DNA of 64,000 bases, taken from an uncultured Pelagibacteraceae bacterium (GTDB lineage: Bacteria > Pseudomonadota > Alphaproteobacteria > Pelagibacterales > Pelagibacteraceae). The DNA lies in contig CACIJX010000002.1 in the NCBI GenBank assembly GCA_902587085.1, positions 6,158-70,157 on the forward strand, written 5' to 3'. Shown piece by piece: positions 34,018 to 44,589 of the stretch (its first letter is position 1; every line of letters begins with the position of its first letter). The notes beneath the pieces were generated by a model. The model did not search any database and had not been told where the DNA came from. It saw nothing but the letters and a program-made list of their open reading frames with translations. A program made the position numbers and the translations under genes.

Positions 34018-34803
34018 ATGAGAAAACTTAAAATACTTATTATGGGATTGCCCGGTTCAGGCAAAACTTATCTTAGCGAACGTCTTGCTCCACTCTTAAA
34101 CGCAGAATGGTTAAACGCTGATAAAGTAAGAAAAAAAGCTAATGATTGGGATTTTAGTACTGAAGGCAGAATTAGACAAGCCAATAGAATGAAGAAGTTA
34201 GCGGAAGAAGCACTTAAAAACGATAAACATGTTATCGCAGATTTTGTTTGTCCAACAAAAAAAACAAGGGATGATTTTAAACCAGACTTTACGGTGTGGA
34301 TGAACACAATAAAACAAGGTAGATTTGAGGATACAAATAAAATTTTTGAAACACCTGAAAAAAATCAAGTAAACTTTGAGATAAAAGAAAAGAACGCAGA
34401 TTTATTCAAATTTATTGTTGCAGATAAAATTCAAGGTTACCAGTGGGATAATAAAAAACCCACCGCACAAATGTTAGGTAGGTGGCAACCCTGGCATGAT
34501 GGCCACCAAAAGTTATTTGAGGAAATATTAAAAAAAACTGGACAAGTGAACATAATGGTTAGAGATGTTAAAGGGGTGGGAGATAATCCTTTTGATTTTG
34601 AAACAGTTAAAAAGAAAATTGAAGAAAGGCTAATTGATTTTAAAAGTAGGGTAAAGGTTGCTTTAGTTCCAAATATTACAAACATTTGCTACGGAAGGGG
34701 TGTTGGATATAAAATTGAAGAAATTGTTTTGGAAGAGTCGATACAAAAAATATCTGCAACTGAAATAAGAAAACAAATGAAAGCAAAAGGTGAATTGAAA
34801 TAG
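34018..34803 (+). CDS. fusion protein: N-terminal adenylylsulfate(APS)-kinase-like P-loop kinase plus C-terminal minimal HxGH (cytidylyltransferase-like) nucleotidyltransferase
   Basis: The N-terminal half aligns by eye to CysC: GLPGSGKTYL, WLNADKVRKKANDWDFSTEGRIRQANRMKKLAE (compare [30 protein letters not shown]) and VIADFVCP (compare VLTAFISP). The C-terminal half has GRWQPWHDGH (HxGH motif) and ISATEIR (ISxTxIR motif). ATG 34018 is preferred over the track's TTG at 33988. Confidence 0.6.
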   Translation: MRKLKILIMGLPGSGKTYLSERLAPLLNAEWLNADKVRKKANDWDFSTEGRIRQANRMKKLAEEALKNDKHVIADFVCPTKKTRDDFKPDFTVWMNTIKQGRFEDTNKIFETPEKNQVNFEIKEKNADLFKFIVADKIQGYQWDNKKPTAQMLGRWQPWHDGHQKLFEEILKKTGQVNIMVRDVKGVGDNPFDFETVKKKIEERLIDFKSRVKVALVPNITNICYGRGVGYKIEEIVLEESIQKISATEIRKQMKAKGELK

Positions 34804-34810
34804 ACTTTTC

Positions 34811-35566
34811 ATGAAAAAGTGCTATCTCCACATAGGAAATTTCAAAACTGGAAGTTCTTCGCTCCAAGCATTTTTGTACCAAAATAGAAAAATTTTTAGA
34901 AAACATAGTATAGAACCAGTATATGAAAAAAATTTTTTCAAAAAAACAATTAATAACCTTAAGTTATTTAAGAATTTTAATGATCAAGATCAGAACAAAT
35001 TGAGAGAGAAATTCAAAAAATATAAAAAATTTAAAAATATAATAATAAGCTCGGAATACTTTTCTTGTATGTCAAATGATGAGTATAAAATTATTTTTTT
35101 AAAAAAATTTTTGAAAAAATCAGGTTTTAAACCTATTATTATTTTTTATTATAGAGATGACGATGACTATCTCTATTCTTTTTACTCAGAACAATTAAAG
35201 CAACGCAAAAATATAGAGATAGAAAATGTTTTTAAGTTTTTGGAAAAAATTTATAAGTTTGGATATTATTTTAATAAAAAAAATAAAATATATTATTTAA
35301 GTCAAAAGTACTTTTTTGATAAAAAGATAATATTCAAAACATGGAAAAAAATTTTTAAATCTGACTTCAAATATTATAAATATTACAAAGAGGATGATAA
35401 AAGAATTTACTTTAATTTTTTAAGTTTTGTAAATATTAAAGGAAAGGAAAAATTTAACTTCCCAATAAAAAGAAATATTTCTAGAAAAATACGACCCTGG
35501 AATTTAATGAGGATTGGTCTTTATCTATTCTTAAAATTTCATTCTAAGAAATTATTAAATAGGTAA
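34811..35566 (+). CDS. sulfotransferase-fold protein (both PAPS-binding motifs recognisable)
   Basis: 251 aa. A 5'-PSB-like motif HIGNFKTGSSSLQ lies at the N-terminus and a 3'-PB-like motif YYRDDDDYLYSFYSE mid-protein. The protein is very Lys/Phe/Tyr-rich, and no further homology is recognisable by eye. Confidence 0.5.
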   Translation: MKKCYLHIGNFKTGSSSLQAFLYQNRKIFRKHSIEPVYEKNFFKKTINNLKLFKNFNDQDQNKLREKFKKYKKFKNIIISSEYFSCMSNDEYKIIFLKKFLKKSGFKPIIIFYYRDDDDYLYSFYSEQLKQRKNIEIENVFKFLEKIYKFGYYFNKKNKIYYLSQKYFFDKKIIFKTWKKIFKSDFKYYKYYKEDDKRIYFNFLSFVNIKGKEKFNFPIKRNISRKIRPWNLMRIGLYLFLKFHSKKLLNR

Positions 35567-35570
35567 AAAA

Positions 35571-35602
35571 AAACGCCAGATAAATATATTTATCTGGCGT
35601 TT
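35571..35602. terminator. bidirectional rho-independent terminator between the sulfotransferase-like gene and groEL
   Basis: An 11-12 bp stem pairs CGCCAGATAAAT with ATTTATCTGGCG. It is flanked by A9 on one side and TTT on the other, which gives a T9 tail for the minus-strand groEL transcript. Confidence 0.8.
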
Positions 35603-35625
35603 AAAATTCTTCTATTATTATGGTA

Positions 35626-37296
<1,671 letters not shown>

Positions 37297-37306
37297 TTAA
37301 AATTAC

Positions 37307-37600
37307 TTATTTTGATTTTGTAACGCCCATAACATCAGACTCTTTCATTATACTATATTCTTTTCCATCTATTTTTACTTCTGTTCCAGACCATTTTCCA
37401 AACAAAACACGGTCGCCTACTTTCACATCCATTTTAATTATTTTACCTTCTTCAGTTTTTGCCCCAGGACCCACTGCCACTATTTCTCCTTCTTGAGGTT
37501 TTTCTTTAGCAGTATCTGGTATGATTATGCCGCCTTTTGTTTTTTCTTCGCTATCAAGCACTTTAATTAATACTCTATCGTGCAAAGGTCTAAATTTCAT
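37307..37600 (-). CDS. groES: co-chaperonin GroES
   Basis: 97 aa beginning [21 protein letters not shown] lies upstream. Confidence 0.95.
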   Translation of the reverse strand: MKFRPLHDRVLIKVLDSEEKTKGGIIIPDTAKEKPQEGEIVAVGPGAKTEEGKIIKMDVKVGDRVLFGKWSGTEVKIDGKEYSIMKESDVMGVTKSK

Positions 37601-37630
37601 GAAAACTCCTTTAATTTATAATATTCAGAA

Positions 37631-37658
37631 ATATGGTATGTATTTAGAATATTTCAAG
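37631..37658 (-). promoter_or_regulatory. candidate sigma-32 (RpoH) promoter for groESL: CTTGAA-N16-CCATAT
   Basis: On the minus strand, CTTGAA is at 37658..37653 and CCATAT at 37636..37631. No CIRCE inverted repeat is present in the leader. Confidence 0.4.
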
Positions 37659-37701
37659 AGTATGATAAAAAAAAATTACCTAAAAAAACCTTGAATTTCC
37701 T

Positions 37702-38517
37702 ATGAAAATTAAAAAATTAGATCACCTATCTAAAATATACCACCGATATGATGCCTTTATAATCGATTTGTGGGGGGTAATGCATAATGGGATCGTACTT
37801 AGCCCATCAGCTGTTGAGGCAGTAAATAAACTCCAAGATAATAACAAAAAAATTATTTTTTTAACCAATGCTCCTCGTCCAGTAAAGAAGGTAACAGAAT
37901 TTTTAAGGAAATTAAAAATGGAAGAAAAATTACTAAAAAATGTTTTTTCCTCTGGAGAGGCGGCCATGAATTCACTTAAAGAGAATAAATTTGGAAAAAG
38001 TTTTTTTCATTTAGGTCCTCAAAGGGATGATTCATTATTTTTTAATATTAGAGAAAATAAAACATCTATTGAAGAATGTGATTTTATTCTATGCACAGGG
38101 ATGTTTGATGAAAAAGAAGAAGATCTAATTTTTTATGAAAAGCTTTTAAAAAACTTTACCAAAAAAAAATTAGTATGTACCAATCCAGATATTACCGTTC
38201 ATAGAGGGGGGGAAGAAGAATATTGCGCAGGCAAAATTGCTGAGATTTTCGAAAAATTAGGAGGAGATGTTATTTATTTTGGAAAACCTCATAAAGAAGT
38301 TTATCTTTCATGTATTGATAAAAAAAAGAAAACTTTAGTAATCGGTGATAATCTAAAAACTGATATTAAAGGAGCTAATAATATGAAATTAGATTCTATT
38401 TTCATAACAAATGGTATTCATAAGTCAAAAAAAATTATAAACGAAAAAAATGCGCAAGAACTAATTGATGAACACAAAGTGTATGCAAATTTTTTTCAAA
38501 ATGAATTAACTTGGTAA
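37702..38517 (+). CDS. HAD-superfamily subfamily IIA hydrolase
   Basis: 271 aa with motif I FIIDLWGV and a C-terminal GDN..TDI motif. It lies next to ribF, as in many alphaproteobacteria. Confidence 0.7.
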   Translation: MKIKKLDHLSKIYHRYDAFIIDLWGVMHNGIVLSPSAVEAVNKLQDNNKKIIFLTNAPRPVKKVTEFLRKLKMEEKLLKNVFSSGEAAMNSLKENKFGKSFFHLGPQRDDSLFFNIRENKTSIEECDFILCTGMFDEKEEDLIFYEKLLKNFTKKKLVCTNPDITVHRGGEEEYCAGKIAEIFEKLGGDVIYFGKPHKEVYLSCIDKKKKTLVIGDNLKTDIKGANNMKLDSIFITNGIHKSKKIINEKNAQELIDEHKVYANFFQNELTW

Positions 38518-39426
38518 ATGAAAATTTATAAAAATTATAATTTAAAAAATAAACATAAAAATTCTGCAATTGCGATCGGTAATTTTGATGGTTTTCACTT
38601 GGGTCATCAAAAGGTAATTAAGAATGGTATAAAAATTGCAAAAAAAAATAATTTAAAATTTGGATTACTTGTATTTCAGCCTTTACCAATAATGTTTTTT
38701 AATAAAAAATTAAAAAATTATAGAATAGATTCTCTTGAACAAAAAATTTCTTCATCAAAAAATTATGGAATAGATTTTTTAATTATTAAAAAATTTGATA
38801 AAAAATTTTCAAATATTACAGCCAATAATTTTATCAAAGAAATTATTTTTAGAAAACTTAAAATTAAGCTTCTCTTTATAAGCAAAAATTTTAGATTTGG
38901 AAAAAATAGAACAGGAAATGTAAAATTACTTAAAAAAAATGAAAAACTTTTTGGATATAAAGTTAAAACTATTCAACCATTCTTAAAGAAGAGATTAACT
39001 ATTTCATCTACATTAATTAGAAAAAAATTATCACAGGGAAAAATTAATTATGCCAATAGGCTGTTAGGAAGATTTTGGACAATCGAGGGTATTGTAGAAA
39101 GAGGAGAGAGAAGAGGAAGAAAAATTGGTTTTCCAACATGCAATATAGATTTAAAAAACTATATCATACCCAAACCTGGAGTTTATTCATCTAAAATAAT
39201 TATAAATAACAAATATAAAAAGAGCGGTATAACAAATATAGGTTATAGGCCAACTTTTGGAAAAAAAAAGCTTATTTTAGAAGCTCATATTTTTAGTTTG
39301 AAAAAAAATTTATATGATAAAAGAATAAAAATAATGTTAACTAAATTTATAAGGAAAGAAAAAAAATTCAAAAATATTACACAATTAAAAAAACAGATAA
39401 AAAGTGATATTAAGAATGCAAAATAA
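38518..39426 (+). CDS. ribF: bifunctional riboflavin kinase / FMN adenylyltransferase
   Basis: 302 aa with GNFDGFHLGH at the N-terminus and a C-terminal riboflavin kinase region (GFPTCN, PGVY). Confidence 0.9.
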   Translation: MKIYKNYNLKNKHKNSAIAIGNFDGFHLGHQKVIKNGIKIAKKNNLKFGLLVFQPLPIMFFNKKLKNYRIDSLEQKISSSKNYGIDFLIIKKFDKKFSNITANNFIKEIIFRKLKIKLLFISKNFRFGKNRTGNVKLLKKNEKLFGYKVKTIQPFLKKRLTISSTLIRKKLSQGKINYANRLLGRFWTIEGIVERGERRGRKIGFPTCNIDLKNYIIPKPGVYSSKIIINNKYKKSGITNIGYRPTFGKKKLILEAHIFSLKKNLYDKRIKIMLTKFIRKEKKFKNITQLKKQIKSDIKNAK

Positions 39427-39431
39427 TTTAA

Positions 39432-42152
39432 ATGCCAGAAAATAATTTAAACCTACCTAAGACAGCTTTCTCTATGAAAGCAAATTTGCCGTCAAAGGAA
39501 CCAAAAATTTTGGAAATATGGGAAAAGATTAAACTTTTTGATAGATTAAGAAAAAAATCAATCGGCAAGAAAAAATTTGTGCTCCATGATGGTCCTCCAT
39601 ATGCGAATGGCCATATTCATATGGGAACTGCTCTAAATAAAATTTTGAAAGATATTGTCACTAAATTTCATCAAATGAATGATAAAGACTCAATTTATGT
39701 TCCAGGTTGGGATTGTCATGGACTACCAATAGAGTGGAAAATAGAAGAACAATACAAAGAAAAGAAAAAAAATAAAGACGAAGTTCCAACAAAAGAGTTT
39801 AGAAGAGAATGCAGAGAGTTTGCGGAAAAGTGGATAATTATTCACAAAAAAGAATTTAAAAGACTCGGAGTTATAGGAGACTGGGAAAACTACTACTCTA
39901 CAATGAGCTTTGATGCTGAAGCACAAATAGTAAGAGAACTAGGCAAGTTTCTTATTGAAGGTAGTTTATACAAGGGTTTTAAACCTGTACTTTGGTCTAC
40001 AGTTGAAAAAACAGCGCTTGCTGATGCAGAGGTGGAATATAAAGATCACAAGTCAAACACTATTTACGCATATTTTAAAATCAAAAAATCAGATAAAGAC
40101 TTTTTAAATGATGCTTCAGTAATTATCTGGACAACAACACCATGGACAATTCCTGCTAATAAAGCTTTAGCCTATAATAAAGATATAAATTACTCTATTT
40201 TAAAAATTGAAAATAAAAAAATTATTATAGCTGAAAAACTAATAAATTCTGTTATTGAAAATTGCAAAATAAATAAATTTGAGGTTTTAAAATCTTTTAA
40301 AGGTAAAGAATTTTACAAAACTGTATGTTCACACCCATTTGAAAAATTAGGTTATGATTTTGATGTTCCAATGTTAGAGGCAAATTTTGTCACTTTGGAT
40401 CAAGGTACTGGAATAGTTCACTGTGCTCCAAGTCATGGCCCGGATGATTTTAATTTATGTTTGCAAAATGGAATGAAAGCAATTGAAACTGTAAATGATG
40501 ATGGGAGATACACAAACAATATACCTGTTTTTGAGGGCATTCATGTTTTTAAGGCAGATGAAATTGTTATAAAAAACTTAGATGAACAAAAAAACTTATT
40601 AGGCAGCGGCACCCTTGTTCACAGCTACCCACATTCCTGGAGATCAAAGGCACCACTTGTACACAGGGCAACTCCCCAATGGTTTATATCGATGGAAAGT
40701 CATAAACTGAGAAAAAAAGCATTAAATTCAATTGATCAAACATCATTTTATCCAGAGAAGGGAAAAGCAAGAATTAGAGCCATGATAGAAACCCGGCCTG
40801 ATTGGTGTATTTCAAGACAGAGGTCATGGGGAGTTCCTTTACCAATTTTTGTTGATAAAAAAACAAATGAACCTTTAAGGGATACTGAAGTAATTGAAAA
40901 TATAGCAAGTATTTATGAAAAAGAGGGCTCAGACTGTTGGTTTACCGATGATCCGCAAAGATTTTTGGGAAAAAAATACAAAAAGGAAGATTATATAAAA
41001 TCGAGTGATATAGTCGAGGTTTGGTTTGATAGTGGATCAACACACTCTTTTGTTCTCGAAAAAAGAAAAGATTTGAAATGGCCAGCGTCAATGTATCTGG
41101 AGGGTTCAGATCAACATCGCGGATGGTTTCATTCTTCTCTTTTAGAATCTTGTGGGACAAGGGGTAGAGCACCTTTTGATAGCATTTTATCTCATGGTTT
41201 TGTAGTAGACGGCAAAGGCATGAAGATGTCAAAATCTGCAGGAAATATTATATCTCCTGATGAAATTTTAAAAAAATATGGAGCAGATATTCTTAGATTA
41301 TGGGTTGCATCCTCTGATTACGCTGAGGATTTAAGAATAGACCACTCTATTTTAGATCAACACGCCGAGTCCTATAGAAAAGTTAGAAATACATTTAGAT
41401 TTCTTTTAGGTAATTTGAGAGATAATTTTAGTCCACAAAATTTTAAAGGAATTAAAAACAAAGAACTTCCTGAACTAGAGCAATTAATTTTACATAAGCT
41501 ATATATTTTAAATAATGAAATTAAAAAAAATTTAAAAGAATATAATTTTCATAGACTTCAAAAAGAACTTTTAAATTTTTGTGCTTTAGATCTTTCATCG
41601 TTCTATTTTGATATAAGAAAAGATATTTTATATTGTGATGATTTAAATTCAAAAATAAGAATATCCTGCATCACTTTGCTTAATATTGTGCTAGAATGTT
41701 TGACAAAATGGTATGCACCGGTTCTTTCTTTCACTACAGAGGAAATTATTGAATTAGCTAAAAAAAATAATAAAAGAAGCATCCACGAAGAAAACTTTCC
41801 TGAAATACCTGATGACTGGAAAAATCAGTCACTATTTGAAAAGTGGGAAAAATTAATAAAAATTAGACAAGAAGTTAACATTGCGATAGAGGAAAAAAGG
41901 TCAAAAAAAATAATTGGATCAAGTCTGGAGGCAGATATAGAAATTGCTTTACCAAAATTAGAGTTTGAAGTTTTAAAAAAGATTGATGCTAAAGAATTAT
42001 TTATAACATCAAATGTTAAACAAACTATATCTAAAAAAAATGAAATATCTGTGATTGTTAAAAAAGCCAAAGGTATTAAATGTTCTCGATGCTGGAAAAT
42101 CGTAGAAAAAGTAAAAGACAATAAGTGTGAAAGATGTTCGAAAATAAAATAA
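39432..42152 (+). CDS. ileS: isoleucyl-tRNA synthetase
   Basis: 906 aa with HIGH-type motif PYANGHIHMGT, KMSKS, and a C-terminal Zn cluster CSRCW..CERC. Confidence 0.95.
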   Translation: MPENNLNLPKTAFSMKANLPSKEPKILEIWEKIKLFDRLRKKSIGKKKFVLHDGPPYANGHIHMGTALNKILKDIVTKFHQMNDKDSIYVPGWDCHGLPIEWKIEEQYKEKKKNKDEVPTKEFRRECREFAEKWIIIHKKEFKRLGVIGDWENYYSTMSFDAEAQIVRELGKFLIEGSLYKGFKPVLWSTVEKTALADAEVEYKDHKSNTIYAYFKIKKSDKDFLNDASVIIWTTTPWTIPANKALAYNKDINYSILKIENKKIIIAEKLINSVIENCKINKFEVLKSFKGKEFYKTVCSHPFEKLGYDFDVPMLEANFVTLDQGTGIVHCAPSHGPDDFNLCLQNGMKAIETVNDDGRYTNNIPVFEGIHVFKADEIVIKNLDEQKNLLGSGTLVHSYPHSWRSKAPLVHRATPQWFISMESHKLRKKALNSIDQTSFYPEKGKARIRAMIETRPDWCISRQRSWGVPLPIFVDKKTNEPLRDTEVIENIASIYEKEGSDCWFTDDPQRFLGKKYKKEDYIKSSDIVEVWFDSGSTHSFVLEKRKDLKWPASMYLEGSDQHRGWFHSSLLESCGTRGRAPFDSILSHGFVVDGKGMKMSKSAGNIISPDEILKKYGADILRLWVASSDYAEDLRIDHSILDQHAESYRKVRNTFRFLLGNLRDNFSPQNFKGIKNKELPELEQLILHKLYILNNEIKKNLKEYNFHRLQKELLNFCALDLSSFYFDIRKDILYCDDLNSKIRISCITLLNIVLECLTKWYAPVLSFTTEEIIELAKKNNKRSIHEENFPEIPDDWKNQSLFEKWEKLIKIRQEVNIAIEEKRSKKIIGSSLEADIEIALPKLEFEVLKKIDAKELFITSNVKQTISKKNEISVIVKKAKGIKCSRCWKIVEKVKDNKCERCSKIK

Positions 42153-42625
42153 AAATACAAAAATTCGATTTCTACAGCCTAGGATTAATTTTAATAATTT
42201 TCTCATTAGATAGATTATCAAAATTGTATGTAATTAATTTAATAAAGGACCGCGACAGTGAAATATTTTTATATGATTTTTTAAATATTACGTTGAATTG
42301 GAACACAGGTATTGCATTCGGTCTTTTAAGTTCAAACACAAATTTTTTCTATCATTTTGTTTCTGCCATAATTCTGTTAATAATTATCTATCTAATATAT
42401 TTAATGGTTAAAGAAGATAATTATGGAAAAATAATTTTTGCATTAATAATAGGGGGTGCGGTAGGAAATTTATATGATCGTTTAACCTATTTTGCTGTTC
42501 CAGATTTTATTGATTTTCATATAAAGAATTTTCATTGGTTTACATTTAATATTGCAGATGTATTTATTACATTCGGGATTTTTTTTATGTTGATAAAAGA
42601 ATTTTTTTTTAAACAGAATTCATGA
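42134..42625 (+). CDS. lspA: lipoprotein signal peptidase (signal peptidase II)
   Basis: 163 aa in the ileS-lspA order, with conserved Asp-containing TM motifs (FNIADVFI). Confidence 0.9.
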   Translation: MFENKIKIQKFDFYSLGLILIIFSLDRLSKLYVINLIKDRDSEIFLYDFLNITLNWNTGIAFGLLSSNTNFFYHFVSAIILLIIIYLIYLMVKEDNYGKIIFALIIGGAVGNLYDRLTYFAVPDFIDFHIKNFHWFTFNIADVFITFGIFFMLIKEFFFKQNS

Positions 42626-42900
42626 AAATATTTTTAAAAATCATTTTTGTTTTAATTACATTATCTTTGTATAGTTGTGTCAATAATTTTGCAAAACAGA
42701 CAGATGAGTTTTTGGTAAAAAAAAAGGATCCATTAATTTTACCACCAGATTTTGAAAAGATACCCTTACCTAATAGCAAAAAAAATAAAAATAAAAATAG
42801 TTCAGTTCAGTCCGTGTTAAAAACAAAAGAAAAAACTACTGGAAGCTCAAAAAATAAATCAAAATTAGAAACAATGATTTTAAAGGAATTAAAAAAGTAA
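42622..42900 (+). CDS. small putative lipoprotein
   Basis: 92 aa with a signal peptide and lipobox-like LSLYSC. Its start overlaps the lspA stop. Confidence 0.5.
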   Translation: MKIFLKIIFVLITLSLYSCVNNFAKQTDEFLVKKKDPLILPPDFEKIPLPNSKKNKNKNSSVQSVLKTKEKTTGSSKNKSKLETMILKELKK

Positions 42901-42906
42901 ACAGGC

Positions 42907-44055
42907 ATGCTCTCTGCAAATGAGATAGAGAAAGAAATAAAAAAAAATAGGAAAGAATTATATAATTCATTTTTTAAGAATTATAAATACAGTTATAGTT
43001 TAAAAAAAATAAAAAAATATAAAAAATTTCAAACTATTGTTGTTATAGGTATGGGCGGATCCATCCTGGCAGCTAAAGCAATTTATTCTTTTTTGGAGCA
43101 TAAGATTAAAAAAAAATTTATATTTATAGATAATCTTGATGAAAATTACATAAATAAAACTAAAAAAAATAATAAATTATCAAGAGCTCTTTTTTTAATT
43201 ATTTCGAAATCAGGTAATACAAATGAAACTATTATTAATTCTAGTTATTTTAAAAACTATTTTAAAAGTTCAAACGTTATAGTTATTTCAGAAAAAAAAA
43301 ATAATATTCTATTTAATTTTGCAAAAAAAAATGGTTTCGAATTTATCAAGCACGAACCTTTTATCGGAGGAAGGTATTCAATATTTTCAGAAGTTGGAAT
43401 GATACCAGCTTACTTAATGGGACTAAAAATAGAAAACTTTAAAAAAAATTCAATTAATTTTTTTAATAACAAAAAATTACTATCAAATTCACTTCAAAAT
43501 TTAAAAAAAATCAATTTTAAAAAATTTAAAATTTTAATTTTTTTTAATTACGTTCCAGAACTAAATGATTTTTTATTTTGGTGTCAACAGTTAATGGCTG
43601 AAAGCCTGGGAAAGAATCAAAAAGGTTTTATGCCAGTCATCTCAAGCGCTCCAAAAGATCACCACAGTTTGTTACAGCTTTATTTAGATGGTCCAAAAGA
43701 CAAAATCTTTTATATTTTTAGTGCAAAACAAAGCAAAAAAACAAAGTTAAACTTTAATATTTTTGATGAAAGAACAGATTATTTAAACAAAAAAAACTAC
43801 AATGATATTAAGAGATCCCAAAAAGATGCGTTTATTGAAGTTCTTAAAAGAAATAAAACGCCTTTTAGAGAAATCGTTGTAAAGAAATTTGATGAGGATA
43901 ATTTAGGAAAACTTTTTTTATCTTTTATCTTTGAGACAATATCATTAGGAAAAATTTTTAATTTAGATCCTTTTGATCAACCCGCGGTTGAAGAGGTAAA
44001 AAGTTTGACAAAAAGGTTTCTTAAATTAAGAAAGCTTTCCAAAAAAAATCTCTGA
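42907..44055 (+). CDS. pgi: glucose-6-phosphate isomerase (short SIS-type)
   Basis: 382 aa with PGI signatures GMGGS, SKSGNTNET, GGRYS and ESLGK. Confidence 0.7.
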   Translation: MLSANEIEKEIKKNRKELYNSFFKNYKYSYSLKKIKKYKKFQTIVVIGMGGSILAAKAIYSFLEHKIKKKFIFIDNLDENYINKTKKNNKLSRALFLIISKSGNTNETIINSSYFKNYFKSSNVIVISEKKNNILFNFAKKNGFEFIKHEPFIGGRYSIFSEVGMIPAYLMGLKIENFKKNSINFFNNKKLLSNSLQNLKKINFKKFKILIFFNYVPELNDFLFWCQQLMAESLGKNQKGFMPVISSAPKDHHSLLQLYLDGPKDKIFYIFSAKQSKKTKLNFNIFDERTDYLNKKNYNDIKRSQKDAFIEVLKRNKTPFREIVVKKFDEDNLGKLFLSFIFETISLGKIFNLDPFDQPAVEEVKSLTKRFLKLRKLSKKNL

Positions 44056-44589
44056 TCTTCCGTATATTCTTTTTTCTATAATTTTGATGGCTCCAGATAA
44101 AGATTTATCAGACCCTTTTTCTCTGTGAATAATTATAATATGTTTATCGCTAAAAATATTTTTATCTATAATTATTCCTAAATTTCTAACAAAATCTCTA
44201 TTTTCGAAAGGTGGATCAAAAAAAATAATATCAAATTTTCTCTTTAAAAAAACACCCTTTAAGTAATTATTAACATTGCTAGAAAAAATTTTTGTTTTTT
44301 TTTCAGTTTTTAAATTTTTTATATTTTTTTTAATACTTTCTAAAGCATCATTGTCTTTTTCAACAAATGTAACTTCTAAAGCATTTCTTGAAATACACTC
44401 AAAACCGAACGATCCGGAACCTGCATATAAATCTAAAATATTAGCATTGTTAACTTCCGTTCCTAATTTTGGAGAATGTTCCAAAATATTAAAAATATTT
44501 TCTTTTACGCTATCTTTTAGTGGTCTTGTTTTTAAATTTTTTGGAAAAAAAAGTTTTTTATTTCTAAATTTACCTCTTATTATTCTCAT
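44026..44589 (-). CDS. rsmD: 16S rRNA (guanine966-N2)-methyltransferase
   Basis: 187 aa with MRIIRGKFRNKKL..RP, GSGSFGFE and DPPF motifs. Confidence 0.8.
   Translation of the reverse strand: MRIIRGKFRNKKLFFPKNLKTRPLKDSVKENIFNILEHSPKLGTEVNNANILDLYAGSGSFGFECISRNALEVTFVEKDNDALESIKKNIKNLKTEKKTKIFSSNVNNYLKGVFLKRKFDIIFFDPPFENRDFVRNLGIIIDKNIFSDKHIIIIHREKGSDKSLSGAIKIIEKRIYGRSEIFFGKLS

Noticed and set aside
34811-35566. Very low G+C and Lys/Phe/Tyr-rich composition of the sulfotransferase-like gene as evidence for horizontal transfer
   Set aside because: Several clearly native genes in the window (ribF, pgi, lpxK, waaA) look equally AT- and Lys-rich. By eye, composition does not discriminate, and no mobility genes or repeats flank the cassette.
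37601-37701. CIRCE (HrcA) operator upstream of groES
   Set aside because: No TTAGCACTC-N9-GAGTGCTAA-like inverted repeat is present. A sigma-32-like CTTGAA/CCATAT pair fits better.
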